A stretch of 64,000 nt of DNA from Alphaproteobacteria bacterium (GTDB lineage: Bacteria; Pseudomonadota; Alphaproteobacteria; UBA2966), in assembly GCA_965200265.1 (NCBI GenBank), contig OZ241357.1:194131-258130 (forward strand), read 5' to 3'. Both the position numbers and the translations under genes were made by a program. Below the pieces are notes generated by a model. It had not been told where the DNA came from and made no database searches. It worked only from the letters and a program-made list of their open reading frames with translations. Positions 50,496-59,527 of the stretch are shown piece by piece; position 1 is the stretch's first letter, and every line of letters begins with the position of its first letter.

Positions 50496-50693
50496 ATGGA
50501 GTCGGTGAACGAATTCCTGGAGATGGGCGGCTACGCCCCGTTCGTGTGGCCGGCATTCGCCATCGCCGCGGCGGTGCTGACGTCGCTCCTCGCGTGGAGC
50601 CTCCGCGACCTCCGCAGGGAACGGAACCTGCTCGATTCGCTTCGCGGGCGGCGGTCCGGAGCCCGCCCCGCCGAGTCCGGCGATGACCCGTAG
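50496..50693 (+). CDS. ccmD: heme exporter protein CcmD
   Basis: 65 aa, [34 protein letters not shown], the typical CcmD. Confidence 0.7.
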   Translation: MESVNEFLEMGGYAPFVWPAFAIAAAVLTSLLAWSLRDLRRERNLLDSLRGRRSGARPAESGDDP

Positions 50694-51120
50694 ACGGCGG
50701 CGCCTCTACTTCATCGTGTCGAGCCTGACGATGCTCGGGGTCGCGACGGCATTGGCGCTCAACGCCTTTCGGGAGAATCTCGTCTTCTTCCACGGTCCCA
50801 GCGAAATCATCGGCAAAGGTATCCCTGCGGAACGCCGCTTCCGGCTGGGCGGGCTGGTCGAAGAGAACAGCGTGGCCCGGGGGAGCGACGGCGTCACGAT
50901 CTCGTTTCGCGTGACGGATACGGCGGCGTCGGTGCCCGTCCGCTACCGCGGGCTGCTGCCCGACCTGTTTCGCGAGGGCCAGGGAGTCGTCGCCGACGGT
51001 TCGCTGGACCGGGACGGAACGTTCGTCGCTACCGAGATCCTCGCCAGGCACGACGAAACCTACATGCCGCCCGAGGTCGCGGCGGCGTTGAAAAAGGCGG
51101 GCCGATGGCAGGGCGAATAG
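50683..51120 (+). CDS. ccmE: cytochrome c-type biogenesis protein CcmE (heme chaperone)
   Basis: N-terminal TM anchor, OB-fold, and C-terminal heme-binding region [13 protein letters not shown] (conserved His in an HDExY-like motif). Confidence 0.85.
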   Translation: MTRRRRRLYFIVSSLTMLGVATALALNAFRENLVFFHGPSEIIGKGIPAERRFRLGGLVEENSVARGSDGVTISFRVTDTAASVPVRYRGLLPDLFREGQGVVADGSLDRDGTFVATEILARHDETYMPPEVAAALKKAGRWQGE

Positions 51121-51148
51121 TGGGGCGAATAGCGGAGCGAACGGCGGG

Positions 51149-53173
51149 ATGATCGTCGAGGTCGGACACTACGCCCTGATCCTGGCGCTGGCGTTGTCGA
51201 TGGTGCAGGGCACGCTCCCCCTGATCGGCGCCCAGCGTCGCTACGACTCCTGGGTCGCCGCGGCCGGACCGGTCGCTATCCTCCAGTTCGGATTCGTGTC
51301 GATCTCCTTCGCCGCCCTGACCTGCGCCTACGTGGTCTCGGATTTCTCGGTGCTCAACGTCGCCATGAACTCTCATTCGGCGAAGCCGCTCCTCTACAAG
51401 GTGTCGGGGGTCTGGGGGAACCACGAGGGATCTCTCCTGCTCTGGGTTCTGATACTCACCCTGTTCGCCGCGGCCGTCGCCGTCTTCGGCGGCAACCTGC
51501 CGCCCGATTTCCGGGCCCGCGTGCTCGCCGTCCAGGCCCTGATCGGCACCGGCTTTCTCCTGTTCATGCTGCTCGCCTCCAATCCGTTCGAACGGCTGAT
51601 CCCCGCGCCCCTCGAAGGCCAGGGCCTGAACCCCATCCTTCAGGACCCCGGGCTGGCGTTCCACCCGCCGTTCCTTTACCTCGGGTACGTGGGCTTCTCG
51701 ATGGCGTTCTCGTTCGCCGTGGCGGCGCTCATCGAAGGCAGGGTGGATGCCGCGTGGGCGCGCTGGGTCCGTCCGTGGACGCTCGCGGCCTGGTGTTTCC
51801 TGACCCTGGGCATCGCGCTGGGATCGTGGTGGGCCTACTACGAGCTCGGCTGGGGCGGATTCTGGTTCTGGGACCCCGTCGAGAACGCCTCGCTGATGCC
51901 CTGGCTCGCCGGCACGGCGCTGCTGCACACCGCCCTCGTGGTCGAGAAGCGCGACGCGCTGAAGAGCTGGACCATCCTGCTTGCGATCCTGACGTTCTCG
52001 CTGAGCCTTCTGGGTACGTTCCTGGTGCGGTCGGGGGTCCTTACGTCCGTGCACGCCTTCGCGACCGATCCGGCGCGCGGCGTCTTCATCCTGATGTTCC
52101 TGGTGCTGGTCGTCGGCGGGTCGCTGACCCTGTTCGCGATCCGCGCGCCGGCCCTGAAGGGCGGTGGCCTGTTCGCGCCCGTCAGCCGCGAGGGCGCCCT
52201 GGTCCTCAACAACCTGCTGCTGACGACCGCCTGCGCGACGGTTCTGCTGGGAACGCTGTATCCGCTGTTCCTCGATGCCCTGACCGGAGAGAAGGTCTCG
52301 GTCGGCCCGCCGTATTTCCACGCGACGTTCGTTCCGCTGATGGCGCCGGCCATCGCGGCGGCCGGTATCGGCCCGTTGCTGGCCTGGAAGCGGGGCGACC
52401 TCGCCGGCGCCTTCGGCCGCCTGCGCGCGGCCCTGACGATCACCGTGGCGGTCGCCCTGGCGACGCTGGCGTTCGCGGCGGAAGCCCCGGTGCTCGCGGT
52501 GGCGGGCGTCGCGCTCGGCACGTGGCTGGTCGCGGCGTCGCTCGGCGATTTCGCCGAGCGCGTCCGGTTGTTCCGCGGGCCGTTCGGCAAGACCCGGCGA
52601 CGCGCCAGACACCTGCCGCGGGCGGCATACGGCATGACCATCGCCCACGCCGGCGCCGGCATCACCGTTCTGGGGATCGTCGTCGTCGCGACCTGGGAGA
52701 GCGAGCGGCTGCAGCTCGTCGAGATCGGCGACTCCGTCCCCGTAGGCGGGTACGAGTTCACGTTTCACGGTGTCCAGAACGTGAGGGGCGCCAACTACGA
52801 CGCGGTTCGGGGCATCTTCGACGTGACGCGCGGCGGCGATCCCGTCACCGTGATGACCCCCGAATCGCGAGTCTATGACGCGCCCCGGCAGACCACGACG
52901 GAAGCCGCCATCCGCCCGACCCTGACGGCGGATCTGTATGCCGTCATCGGCGACCCGGACGGTTCGGGCCGTTGGGCGACGCGCCTCTATCACAAGCCCC
53001 TGGTTCACTGGATCTGGTTCGGAGCCATCCTCATGGCCGTCGGCGGGCTCGTCTCGCTGACCGACCGGCGGCACCGGGTGGGCGCGCCCAGGCCCAGGCC
53101 CAGGCCCAGGCCCAGGTGCGGTGCGGCGCGCGCCGGGACGCGGGCGGGAACGGCGCGGGCCGCGGGAGCGTGA
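51149..53173 (+). CDS. ccmF: cytochrome c-type biogenesis protein CcmF (heme lyase)
   Basis: 674 aa, many TM helices, WWD-like motif WGGFWFWDPVENASLMPWL. The C-terminal tail contains a (PR)5 repeat. Confidence 0.9.
   Translation: MIVEVGHYALILALALSMVQGTLPLIGAQRRYDSWVAAAGPVAILQFGFVSISFAALTCAYVVSDFSVLNVAMNSHSAKPLLYKVSGVWGNHEGSLLLWVLILTLFAAAVAVFGGNLPPDFRARVLAVQALIGTGFLLFMLLASNPFERLIPAPLEGQGLNPILQDPGLAFHPPFLYLGYVGFSMAFSFAVAALIEGRVDAAWARWVRPWTLAAWCFLTLGIALGSWWAYYELGWGGFWFWDPVENASLMPWLAGTALLHTALVVEKRDALKSWTILLAILTFSLSLLGTFLVRSGVLTSVHAFATDPARGVFILMFLVLVVGGSLTLFAIRAPALKGGGLFAPVSREGALVLNNLLLTTACATVLLGTLYPLFLDALTGEKVSVGPPYFHATFVPLMAPAIAAAGIGPLLAWKRGDLAGAFGRLRAALTITVAVALATLAFAAEAPVLAVAGVALGTWLVAASLGDFAERVRLFRGPFGKTRRRARHLPRAAYGMTIAHAGAGITVLGIVVVATWESERLQLVEIGDSVPVGGYEFTFHGVQNVRGANYDAVRGIFDVTRGGDPVTVMTPESRVYDAPRQTTTEAAIRPTLTADLYAVIGDPDGSGRWATRLYHKPLVHWIWFGAILMAVGGLVSLTDRRHRVGAPRPRPRPRPRCGAARAGTRAGTARAAGA
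53087..53116 (+). repeat. hexanucleotide microsatellite (CCCAGG)x5 inside the 3' end of ccmF, encoding (PR)5
   Basis: Direct reading of 53087-53116: five perfect tandem copies of cccagg. They are in frame, giving GAPRPRPRPRPRCGA in the CcmF tail. Confidence 0.9.
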
Positions 53174-53180
53174 GCGGCCC

Positions 53181-53714
53181 ATGCGGATCGGCCACATCCT
53201 GCCGCTGGGATTGTTTGCGGTCGTCGCGCTGGCGCTCGGCGTCGGGTTGACGCTCGATCCGCGTCTCATTCCGTCCGCCCTCGTCGGCAAACCGGTCCCC
53301 GATTTCTCCCTGCCTCCCCTCGACGGGCGGCCCGACGGCCTGGCCGCGGCCGATCTGAGGACGGGAGAAGTCGCGATCGTCAACGTTTTCGCGTCCTGGT
53401 GCGGCCCGTGCCGGATAGAGCACCCGCTGTTGATGGAGGTCGCGCGGAGCGGCGCGGTTCCGGTTCACGGGATCAACTACAAGGACCCGCCCCGGAACGC
53501 CCTGGCCTGGCTCGAACGATACGGAGATCCCTACCGGCGTGTCGGCTCCGACCGGAACGGCCGGGTCAGCATGGACTGGGGCGTCTACGGCGTTCCCGAG
53601 ACCTTCGTGGTCGACCGGCGGGGACGCATCGCCTACAAGCACGTCGGACCGATGATGCCGGAAGACATGCACCGGCGGATACTGCCGCTGGTCAGGGAGC
53701 TCCAGGGCGGATGA
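53181..53714 (+). CDS. ccmG: thiol:disulfide interchange protein CcmG/DsbE
   Basis: Real start MRIGHILPLGLF. Thioredoxin motif WCGPC and GVYGVPETFVVD. Confidence 0.85.
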   Translation: MRIGHILPLGLFAVVALALGVGLTLDPRLIPSALVGKPVPDFSLPPLDGRPDGLAAADLRTGEVAIVNVFASWCGPCRIEHPLLMEVARSGAVPVHGINYKDPPRNALAWLERYGDPYRRVGSDRNGRVSMDWGVYGVPETFVVDRRGRIAYKHVGPMMPEDMHRRILPLVRELQGG

Positions 53715-54211
53715 CGCGGGTCGTCCGGCGTTTCCTGCTGTCGGTCGCCGCCGCGGGCGCGGTATCGCTGGCCGCGCCGGCGCCGGCCGCGGCCGTCGGC
53801 GTGGACCAGCCGCTCCCCGATCCGGTCCTCGAGGCGCGCGCGCGCGCCATTCACAAGCAGCTTCGTTGCCTCGTCTGCCAGAACCAGTCGATCGACGACT
53901 CGAGCGCCGATCTCGCGCGGGATCTGCGGGTTCTCGTCCGGGAGCGCGTCGCGCTGGGGGACTCCGACGGGGAGGTCCTCGATTTCGTCGCCGGTCGCTA
54001 CGGCGACTGGGTGTTGCTCAAACCGCCGCTCGACGTCCGGACGCTCGTCCTGTGGCTGGGTCCCGCCGCGCTGTTGCTTCTGGGCGCCGGTTGCGCCGTC
54101 GCCGTCCTGCGCCGGCCGCGTGGCGGCCCGGCGCCCGCGTCCGACGCCCTGACACCCGAGGAACGCGATCGCCTGGAGGCGCTGCTCCAGCGCGGCGGGG
54201 ACGCCTCCTGA
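53711..54211 (+). CDS. ccmH: cytochrome c-type biogenesis protein CcmH (CycL)
   Basis: ATG overlaps the ccmG stop as ATGA. Signal peptide, then LRCLVCQNQSIDDS (CxxC heme-handling motif). Confidence 0.8.
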   Translation: MTRVVRRFLLSVAAAGAVSLAAPAPAAAVGVDQPLPDPVLEARARAIHKQLRCLVCQNQSIDDSSADLARDLRVLVRERVALGDSDGEVLDFVAGRYGDWVLLKPPLDVRTLVLWLGPAALLLLGAGCAVAVLRRPRGGPAPASDALTPEERDRLEALLQRGGDAS

Positions 54212-55389
54212 TGCTGCTCTGGTCGGTCTTCGCGGCTCTCACCGCCGTCGCGGTCGTCGGCGCGGCGTTGCCCTTGTCGCGCGGCGTCCGCGGCGAACAC
54301 CGGCGCGCCGACTACGATCTCGAGGTCTATCGCCATCAACTGGACGAGCTCCGGAACGACCTCGAGCGCGGAACGGTCTCGGCCACGGAAGAAGCGGCCG
54401 CCCGCACGGAAATCGAGCGGCGGATCCTGGCGACCGGAACCACGGACGAGCCGCGCCCCCACGCGACGCCCACGACGTCGCGCCTCGTGGGCGTCATGGC
54501 GGCGGCGATCGGGATACCGGCGTTGGCGTCGGGTCTGTACCTCCATCTGGGCTCGCCGCAACCACCCGACCGACCGCTCGACGATCAGTCGGTGGCGGCG
54601 CGTCAGGCCCCCGCGGACGGTCTGCGAACCGCCGTGGACCGGCTCCAGGCCCGTCTGGCGCGCGGTTCCGGGAGCCTTGCGGACTGGCTGCTCCTCGGTC
54701 GGTCATACGCGGTCCTGCGGCGCTTCGACGACGCCGTGGCAGCCTACAGACGGGCCGACGGCCTGCGGCCCGACGACCCCGACATCATGACCGCGCTGGG
54801 AGAAGCGCTCGTCCTCGCGGCGGACGGCATGGTGACGCCGGAGGCGGAGACGGTGTTCCGGCGCGCCCATGCCCTGGACGGCGGGCTTCCCGGCCCACGC
54901 TTCTACATGGGACTGGCGCGCGCGCAGGCCGGGGACCCGCACGACGCCTACGACATCTGGCTCGCGCTGGCCAGCGACTCGGAGCCGGACGCGCCGTGGC
55001 TGCCCCGGCTGATCTTCCGCCTTGAGGAGATGGGCGCCGGGTTGGGGAAGGACGTTGCCGCCGAATTGCGGGACGCCGCCACCGGAAGGGCGGCCGGCGA
55101 CTCCGTCCCGGCGCGAGGCCCCACGCGGGAAGACGTCGAGGCGGCCGCCGGCATGTCCGCCGACGACCGCGCCGAAATGATCCGCGGGATGGTCGCGGGC
55201 CTCGCGGAACGCTTGGAAGAGAACCCCGAGGACGTCCAGGGATGGATCATGCTCGCCCGGTCCTATCGGGTTCTCGGTCGACCGGAAAAGGCGCAGGAGG
55301 CTCTCCGCCGGGCGCGGGAAGCGATGCAGGAACGAAAGCCGGCGCGAGCGCCCGCCCGCCGTTCGTTCTCCGATCCTCCCGTGCCCTGA
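54211..55389 (+). CDS. ccmI: cytochrome c-type biogenesis protein CcmI (CycH), TPR-containing
   Basis: Start overlaps the ccmH stop (TGATG). N-terminal TM segments followed by TPR-like repeats (LGRSYAVLRRFDDAVAAYRRA...). Confidence 0.75.
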   Translation: MLLWSVFAALTAVAVVGAALPLSRGVRGEHRRADYDLEVYRHQLDELRNDLERGTVSATEEAAARTEIERRILATGTTDEPRPHATPTTSRLVGVMAAAIGIPALASGLYLHLGSPQPPDRPLDDQSVAARQAPADGLRTAVDRLQARLARGSGSLADWLLLGRSYAVLRRFDDAVAAYRRADGLRPDDPDIMTALGEALVLAADGMVTPEAETVFRRAHALDGGLPGPRFYMGLARAQAGDPHDAYDIWLALASDSEPDAPWLPRLIFRLEEMGAGLGKDVAAELRDAATGRAAGDSVPARGPTREDVEAAAGMSADDRAEMIRGMVAGLAERLEENPEDVQGWIMLARSYRVLGRPEKAQEALRRAREAMQERKPARAPARRSFSDPPVP

Positions 55390-55576
55390 GGTCCCCCCTC
55401 GCGGCCGCCGCGAACCGCCTTGAGGACATGCTTCGGTGCGGGGGCTGACGCGAGATGACCGCCCCGATCACCGAGGAGGCCCGCGCCGTCCGCTTCCGAT
55501 ACCGTACCGCCGGGATCGACGAGGACCCGGTCTCGGACAACGGGTTGAGTCCAGGGGCGTCCGGCCGTAGACAGGA

Positions 55577-56533
55577 ATGGATGAGGAGGGGCGGTTGGCC
55601 TACGGGAATCTCGAGATACACTTCGGTGACTGTCTGGACGTGACGTCGGCCCTCGGGGATGAGACGTTCGATCTGATATACATCGATCCCCCGTTCAATA
55701 CCGGTCGGGTCCAGTCACGCACTCGGCTGAGGACGACGCGGGACGAGGACGGGGACCGCATCGGGTATCAGGGGAAGCGGTATCGAACCGACGTACTCGG
55801 CAAATCGTTCTTCGACGACAGGTTCGACAACTTCCAGGAATTCATCGAGCCGAGTCTTCGAGCGGCGCATCGACTCCTGAAACCGAACGGATCGTTTTTC
55901 CTCCACATCGATTACCGCGAGTCCCATTACTGCAAGGTCCTGCTGGACCGCATCTTCGGTCGTGAATCCTTCATCAACGAGATCGTCTGGGCATACGACT
56001 ACGGGGCCAGGGCGAAACGACGCTGGTCCGCCAAGCACGACAACATATTCTGGTATGCGAAGAACCCGAAGAACTATACCTACCGGTACGACGACATAGA
56101 CCGGATCCCCTACATGGCGCCCGGCCTCGTCGGACCGGAGAAGGCCAAGCGGGGCAAGACCCCGACCGACGTGTGGTGGCAGACGATCGTGAGCCCGAAC
56201 GGCAAGGAGAAGACGGGTTATCCGACGCAGAAGCCAGTCGCCATATTGAACCGAATCATACGGGTCCATTCCAATCCGGGAGACAGCGTACTTGACTTCT
56301 TCGCCGGGAGCGGTACCACAGGGGAGGCGGCGGTCAGGGCCGGAAGGGACGCCACCCTCGTGGACATCAATCCCGAGGCGGTCCAGGTCATGCGCCGACG
56401 CCTTCGATTCGCCGATCCGGTCATGCACGGAGTCCAGACGGATGCCTTCAATTCAAGACCCGGAGGTGGAGATACTGGCGACCACCTATTCGATGATTCT
56501 TCAGTCCGACTATCAACGCCAACGCACCGATGA
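55577..56533 (+). CDS. site-specific DNA methyltransferase (N6-adenine/N4-cytosine, beta-class, PF01555-like)
   Basis: FDLIYIDPPFNTG (motif IV DPPF) lies N-terminal to FFAGSGTTGEAA (motif I FxGxG). That order indicates a beta-class amino-MTase. Visibly lower GC than the flanks. Confidence 0.8.
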   Translation: MDEEGRLAYGNLEIHFGDCLDVTSALGDETFDLIYIDPPFNTGRVQSRTRLRTTRDEDGDRIGYQGKRYRTDVLGKSFFDDRFDNFQEFIEPSLRAAHRLLKPNGSFFLHIDYRESHYCKVLLDRIFGRESFINEIVWAYDYGARAKRRWSAKHDNIFWYAKNPKNYTYRYDDIDRIPYMAPGLVGPEKAKRGKTPTDVWWQTIVSPNGKEKTGYPTQKPVAILNRIIRVHSNPGDSVLDFFAGSGTTGEAAVRAGRDATLVDINPEAVQVMRRRLRFADPVMHGVQTDAFNSRPGGGDTGDHLFDDSSVRLSTPTHR

Positions 56534-57020
56534 GGCGGCATGGGCGGACTCTCCGTTCGGTTGGCTCAGGATAGGGCCGTCCTCCCGACAGAAGGGCACC
56601 ATCGGAGAGAAGCTGGTTTCGGACTACCTGGCCTGCAAGGGCTTCGACGTCTCTCGCTCCCCGGACTCCGAGGCCGACAGGATCGTCGGCGGGAAACGGG
56701 CGGAGATCAAGATGAGTACGTTGTGGGAGGAAGGCTTCTACAAGTTTCAGCAGCTTCGGGACCAGAACTACGACTTCGCCATCTGTCTCGGTCTCAGTCC
56801 CTTCGATGCTCACTGCTGGGTTCTTCCAAAGGAGATACTCATCGAGCGGATGAAGACGGGCGACATACCGCATCAACACGGCGGCGCGAGGGGAAGAGAC
56901 ACCTATTGGCTGACCGTGTATCCCGAGGCCGTTCCCGAGTGGTTGAACGAGTGGGGAGGAAGGCTGGGTACGGCGATCGAATCGATAACGCGGCTGACCG
57001 GTCAGGAACCGTTGACGTAG
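56442..57020 (+). CDS. putative type II restriction endonuclease (PD-(D/E)xK-like)
   Basis: About 190-aa ORF downstream of, and overlapping the 3' end of, the MTase. Candidate PD...ExK motif SPDSEADRIVGGKRAEIKMS. Assignment by context and motif only; the start is uncertain. Confidence 0.45.
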   Translation: MPSIQDPEVEILATTYSMILQSDYQRQRTDEAAWADSPFGWLRIGPSSRQKGTIGEKLVSDYLACKGFDVSRSPDSEADRIVGGKRAEIKMSTLWEEGFYKFQQLRDQNYDFAICLGLSPFDAHCWVLPKEILIERMKTGDIPHQHGGARGRDTYWLTVYPEAVPEWLNEWGGRLGTAIESITRLTGQEPLT

Positions 57021-57102
57021 GGGTGAGTGAGCCCGCGTCCTCCCACACCCCGGGTTCCCGCCCGCCGTGGTGGTCGCGGCGCGCGGCCGGCGGCGCGAGC
57101 GG

Positions 57103-58011
57103 CTACGTGGACGAGGGTTCTCTCTTCCGCAGGTGAAGGGACCAGGTGATGGGGGCGAGAGGAGGGACGTCGGTTCGCTCTCCCAGATACCTCCGGCGGT
57201 GTTCCTCGGGCGATTCGTTGCGGATCACATCCCAGACCCCGTGCGGGTTCAGGACGGCGTCGGCCTCGGCCGGGTCGAAACGCGAGATCATGGGTTCGCC
57301 CCGCTTCTCCACGAACGCCATCATGCTGGCGAAGAGTGCCCGGTCTTCCGGCGGCACGCACGCATCCGCGATCAGGTAATCGAACACGACCTCCGATCCC
57401 GGTCCTCCGATCGCCGCCAAGCGGTCCAGATTGTCCAGGATGGCGCCCTCGGTGAGATAATAGGTGACCCCCATCCAGTTGAAGAACGACGCCTTTTGCG
57501 GATCGAGTCCCGCGGCGAGGAGCTCCGTCCCGAGATCGTCGTTCTCGAAGTCGAAAGGAACGAAGCGAAGGGAGTCGGGAATCGCCATGCGCGCGGCCGA
57601 GAGGCGCTCCTTCTTCAGGTCGATGGTGGCGGCCAGATCGACCTCGAAGACCGTCAGGCCGAGGTCCGGGCGGCGGAAGGCGAACGTATCGAAGCCGGAT
57701 CCGAGGATCACGTATTGCGTCACCCCGTCTCTCGCCGCCTCCTCGAGACAGTCCTCGGCGAACCGGGCGCGGGTGAGGTGCTGGGTGGTGATTGGCATCA
57801 GCCTCCTCACCACGACCTTCGCGAACAGGGCGTCGAGCAGGGACGAACCGAGTATCCGGCGCCATCGCCTTCCGACGAAACGTATCGCGTGGGGATCCTC
57901 GAACACGTAAGGTTCGTCGTGCCTGAGGAGGTGTCTCGCGCGGCTCGCCGCGACGAGCTCCGCGGTGCGGCTGCCGCGAGCGCGAGCGCGATTGACCGGT
58001 GCCTGTGGCAT
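57103..58011 (-). CDS. class I SAM-dependent methyltransferase, leucine carboxyl methyltransferase-like (TIGR00027 family)
   Basis: Real start MPQAPVNRARARGS (ATG 58011). VTQYVILGSGFDTF and VFDYL are hallmarks of the LCM/O-methyltransferase TIGR00027 family. Confidence 0.7.
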   Translation of the reverse strand: MPQAPVNRARARGSRTAELVAASRARHLLRHDEPYVFEDPHAIRFVGRRWRRILGSSLLDALFAKVVVRRLMPITTQHLTRARFAEDCLEEAARDGVTQYVILGSGFDTFAFRRPDLGLTVFEVDLAATIDLKKERLSAARMAIPDSLRFVPFDFENDDLGTELLAAGLDPQKASFFNWMGVTYYLTEGAILDNLDRLAAIGGPGSEVVFDYLIADACVPPEDRALFASMMAFVEKRGEPMISRFDPAEADAVLNPHGVWDVIRNESPEEHRRRYLGERTDVPPLAPITWSLHLRKREPSST

Positions 58012-58212
58012 GTCCGCTCCCCGTTTCCCCGCGACCGGAACGTCGGGGCATGGTATCCCGCTTCGGCGCCTCGGCAGAGGCCGCATCGATCGTCCCCGGT
58101 CTTGGACGGCGGGCCATGGAAACGTAACATTCGAACGATACGATGCCGCCGGCCCAGGCGCACGCACGCCGAGGAGTCACGCTCCGAACGAAGACCGTCC
58201 CGAAGGGGAACC

Positions 58213-58779
58213 ATGATGTCCGAACGCAACTACGACCTTCCCCGGTTTATCGCCGATCTGCGGCGGATCACCGGGGAAGAGTCCGACGAAAGCAGGATTG
58301 TGCGGCGGGTCGCTCCGTTGGCCCGGAAGCTCGCCGCGACGCCCGGCCTCGTGACGGAAGCGGACGAAGGCCACGACGAAGCGCAAGGCTTTTGCCTGCG
58401 CCTGCTGCACGAGGAGCCGGACCACGGCAACGCGGTGTTCCTGTTTTCCTGGCTCCCCGGTTGCGGGACACCGGCGCACGACCACAAGACCTGGGGCGTC
58501 GTGGTCGGAGTCGAAGGTGAGGAAAAGGAGACGTGGTGGCGGCGTGTCGACGACGGGACTCGAGCCGGTTACGCCCAACTCGAGCCTCTCTCCGAACGCA
58601 GGTTGACGCCGGGCGACGTCTCGTCGTTCCTGTCGGACGACATCCATGCCGTCCGGAACGACACCGGGCGCGTGTCGTGGTCGCTGCACGTCTACGGCAG
58701 GCACATCAACCATACGGGTCGGTCCGAATTCGACCCGGTTGCCGGGACGGAGAAGGCGTATGTCCTGAACATCGCGTGA
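58213..58779 (+). CDS. cysteine dioxygenase type I-like cupin (thiol dioxygenase; candidate 3-mercaptopropionate or cysteine dioxygenase)
   Basis: 188 aa. Cupin with a CDO-like metal site (FLFSWLPGCGTPAHDH...H at VYGRHIN). ATG 58213 with GGGGAA upstream. Confidence 0.7.
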   Translation: MMSERNYDLPRFIADLRRITGEESDESRIVRRVAPLARKLAATPGLVTEADEGHDEAQGFCLRLLHEEPDHGNAVFLFSWLPGCGTPAHDHKTWGVVVGVEGEEKETWWRRVDDGTRAGYAQLEPLSERRLTPGDVSSFLSDDIHAVRNDTGRVSWSLHVYGRHINHTGRSEFDPVAGTEKAYVLNIA

Positions 58780-58800
58780 CGGCCCCGACGGGGCGGCGCG

Positions 58801-59349
58801 TCAGGCGGTATCGCGCGGCTCGGCGTGACGCTGCATCAACGGTGCCTGCGCCAACGCGAACAGGACCGTCAGCGGCAGAAACCCGAATGTCTTGAACGTG
58901 ACCCAGGCGTCGGTGGAGAAATTCCGCCACACGATCTCGTTCAGCACGGCCATCGCCAGGAAGAAGAGTCCCCAGCGAATGGCCAGGAGACGCCAACCCT
59001 CGTTGCTCAACGCGGACATGGCTCCGAAAAGCGTCTTGACGTAGTTCCTGCCGAACGCCATTCCCCCGAAGATCGCCGCCGAGAACAGCACGTTGACGAT
59101 CGTGGGCTTGAGCTTGATGAACGTCTCGTTCTGGAGATAGAGCGTCAGACCACCGAACACGAGCACGATCAGACCCGACACGAGGGGCAGGGCGGGAACG
59201 TGCCGGGCGGCGGCGTAGGCGACGCCCAGCGACACGACGATGGCGGCCATGAAAACGCCGGTCGCCGCGAAGATCCCGTAGCTCGCGTTGACGGCGAAGA
59301 AGACCAGCAGCGGCCCCGCCTCGATCCCGAGCCGGAGGAGCGGGTTCAT
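58801..59349 (-). CDS. yciB: intracellular septation protein A (YciB/IspZ family)
   Basis: Start chosen at MNPLLRLGIEAGPLLVFFAVN. Five TM helices; matches the YciB family. Confidence 0.75.
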   Translation of the reverse strand: MNPLLRLGIEAGPLLVFFAVNASYGIFAATGVFMAAIVVSLGVAYAAARHVPALPLVSGLIVLVFGGLTLYLQNETFIKLKPTIVNVLFSAAIFGGMAFGRNYVKTLFGAMSALSNEGWRLLAIRWGLFFLAMAVLNEIVWRNFSTDAWVTFKTFGFLPLTVLFALAQAPLMQRHAEPRDTA

Positions 59350-59527
59350 CGCCTGATATCGATCGGTTCGAGCGGTCATGAACGGCTGTTCGGGGTGCCC
59401 GGGGACATGCGCGACACGGGATCGCGACATAATGTGGGCACGCGCGCGGGAAGGATCAAGGGAGCGGTTCCGTTCCGGCTGGAGCCGCGCCGACAGAGGC
59501 GCGCACGCCCGGCTACCGCAACCCCAT

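Noticed and set aside
51029-53383. 784-aa minus-strand ORF across ccmF
   Set aside because: Antisense to ccmF. Composition is Arg/Gly/Asp-rich.
55455-55643. 62-aa ORF just upstream of, and overlapping, the DNA methyltransferase start
   Set aside because: No RBS, overlaps the MTase start and has no features. Probably non-coding leader.
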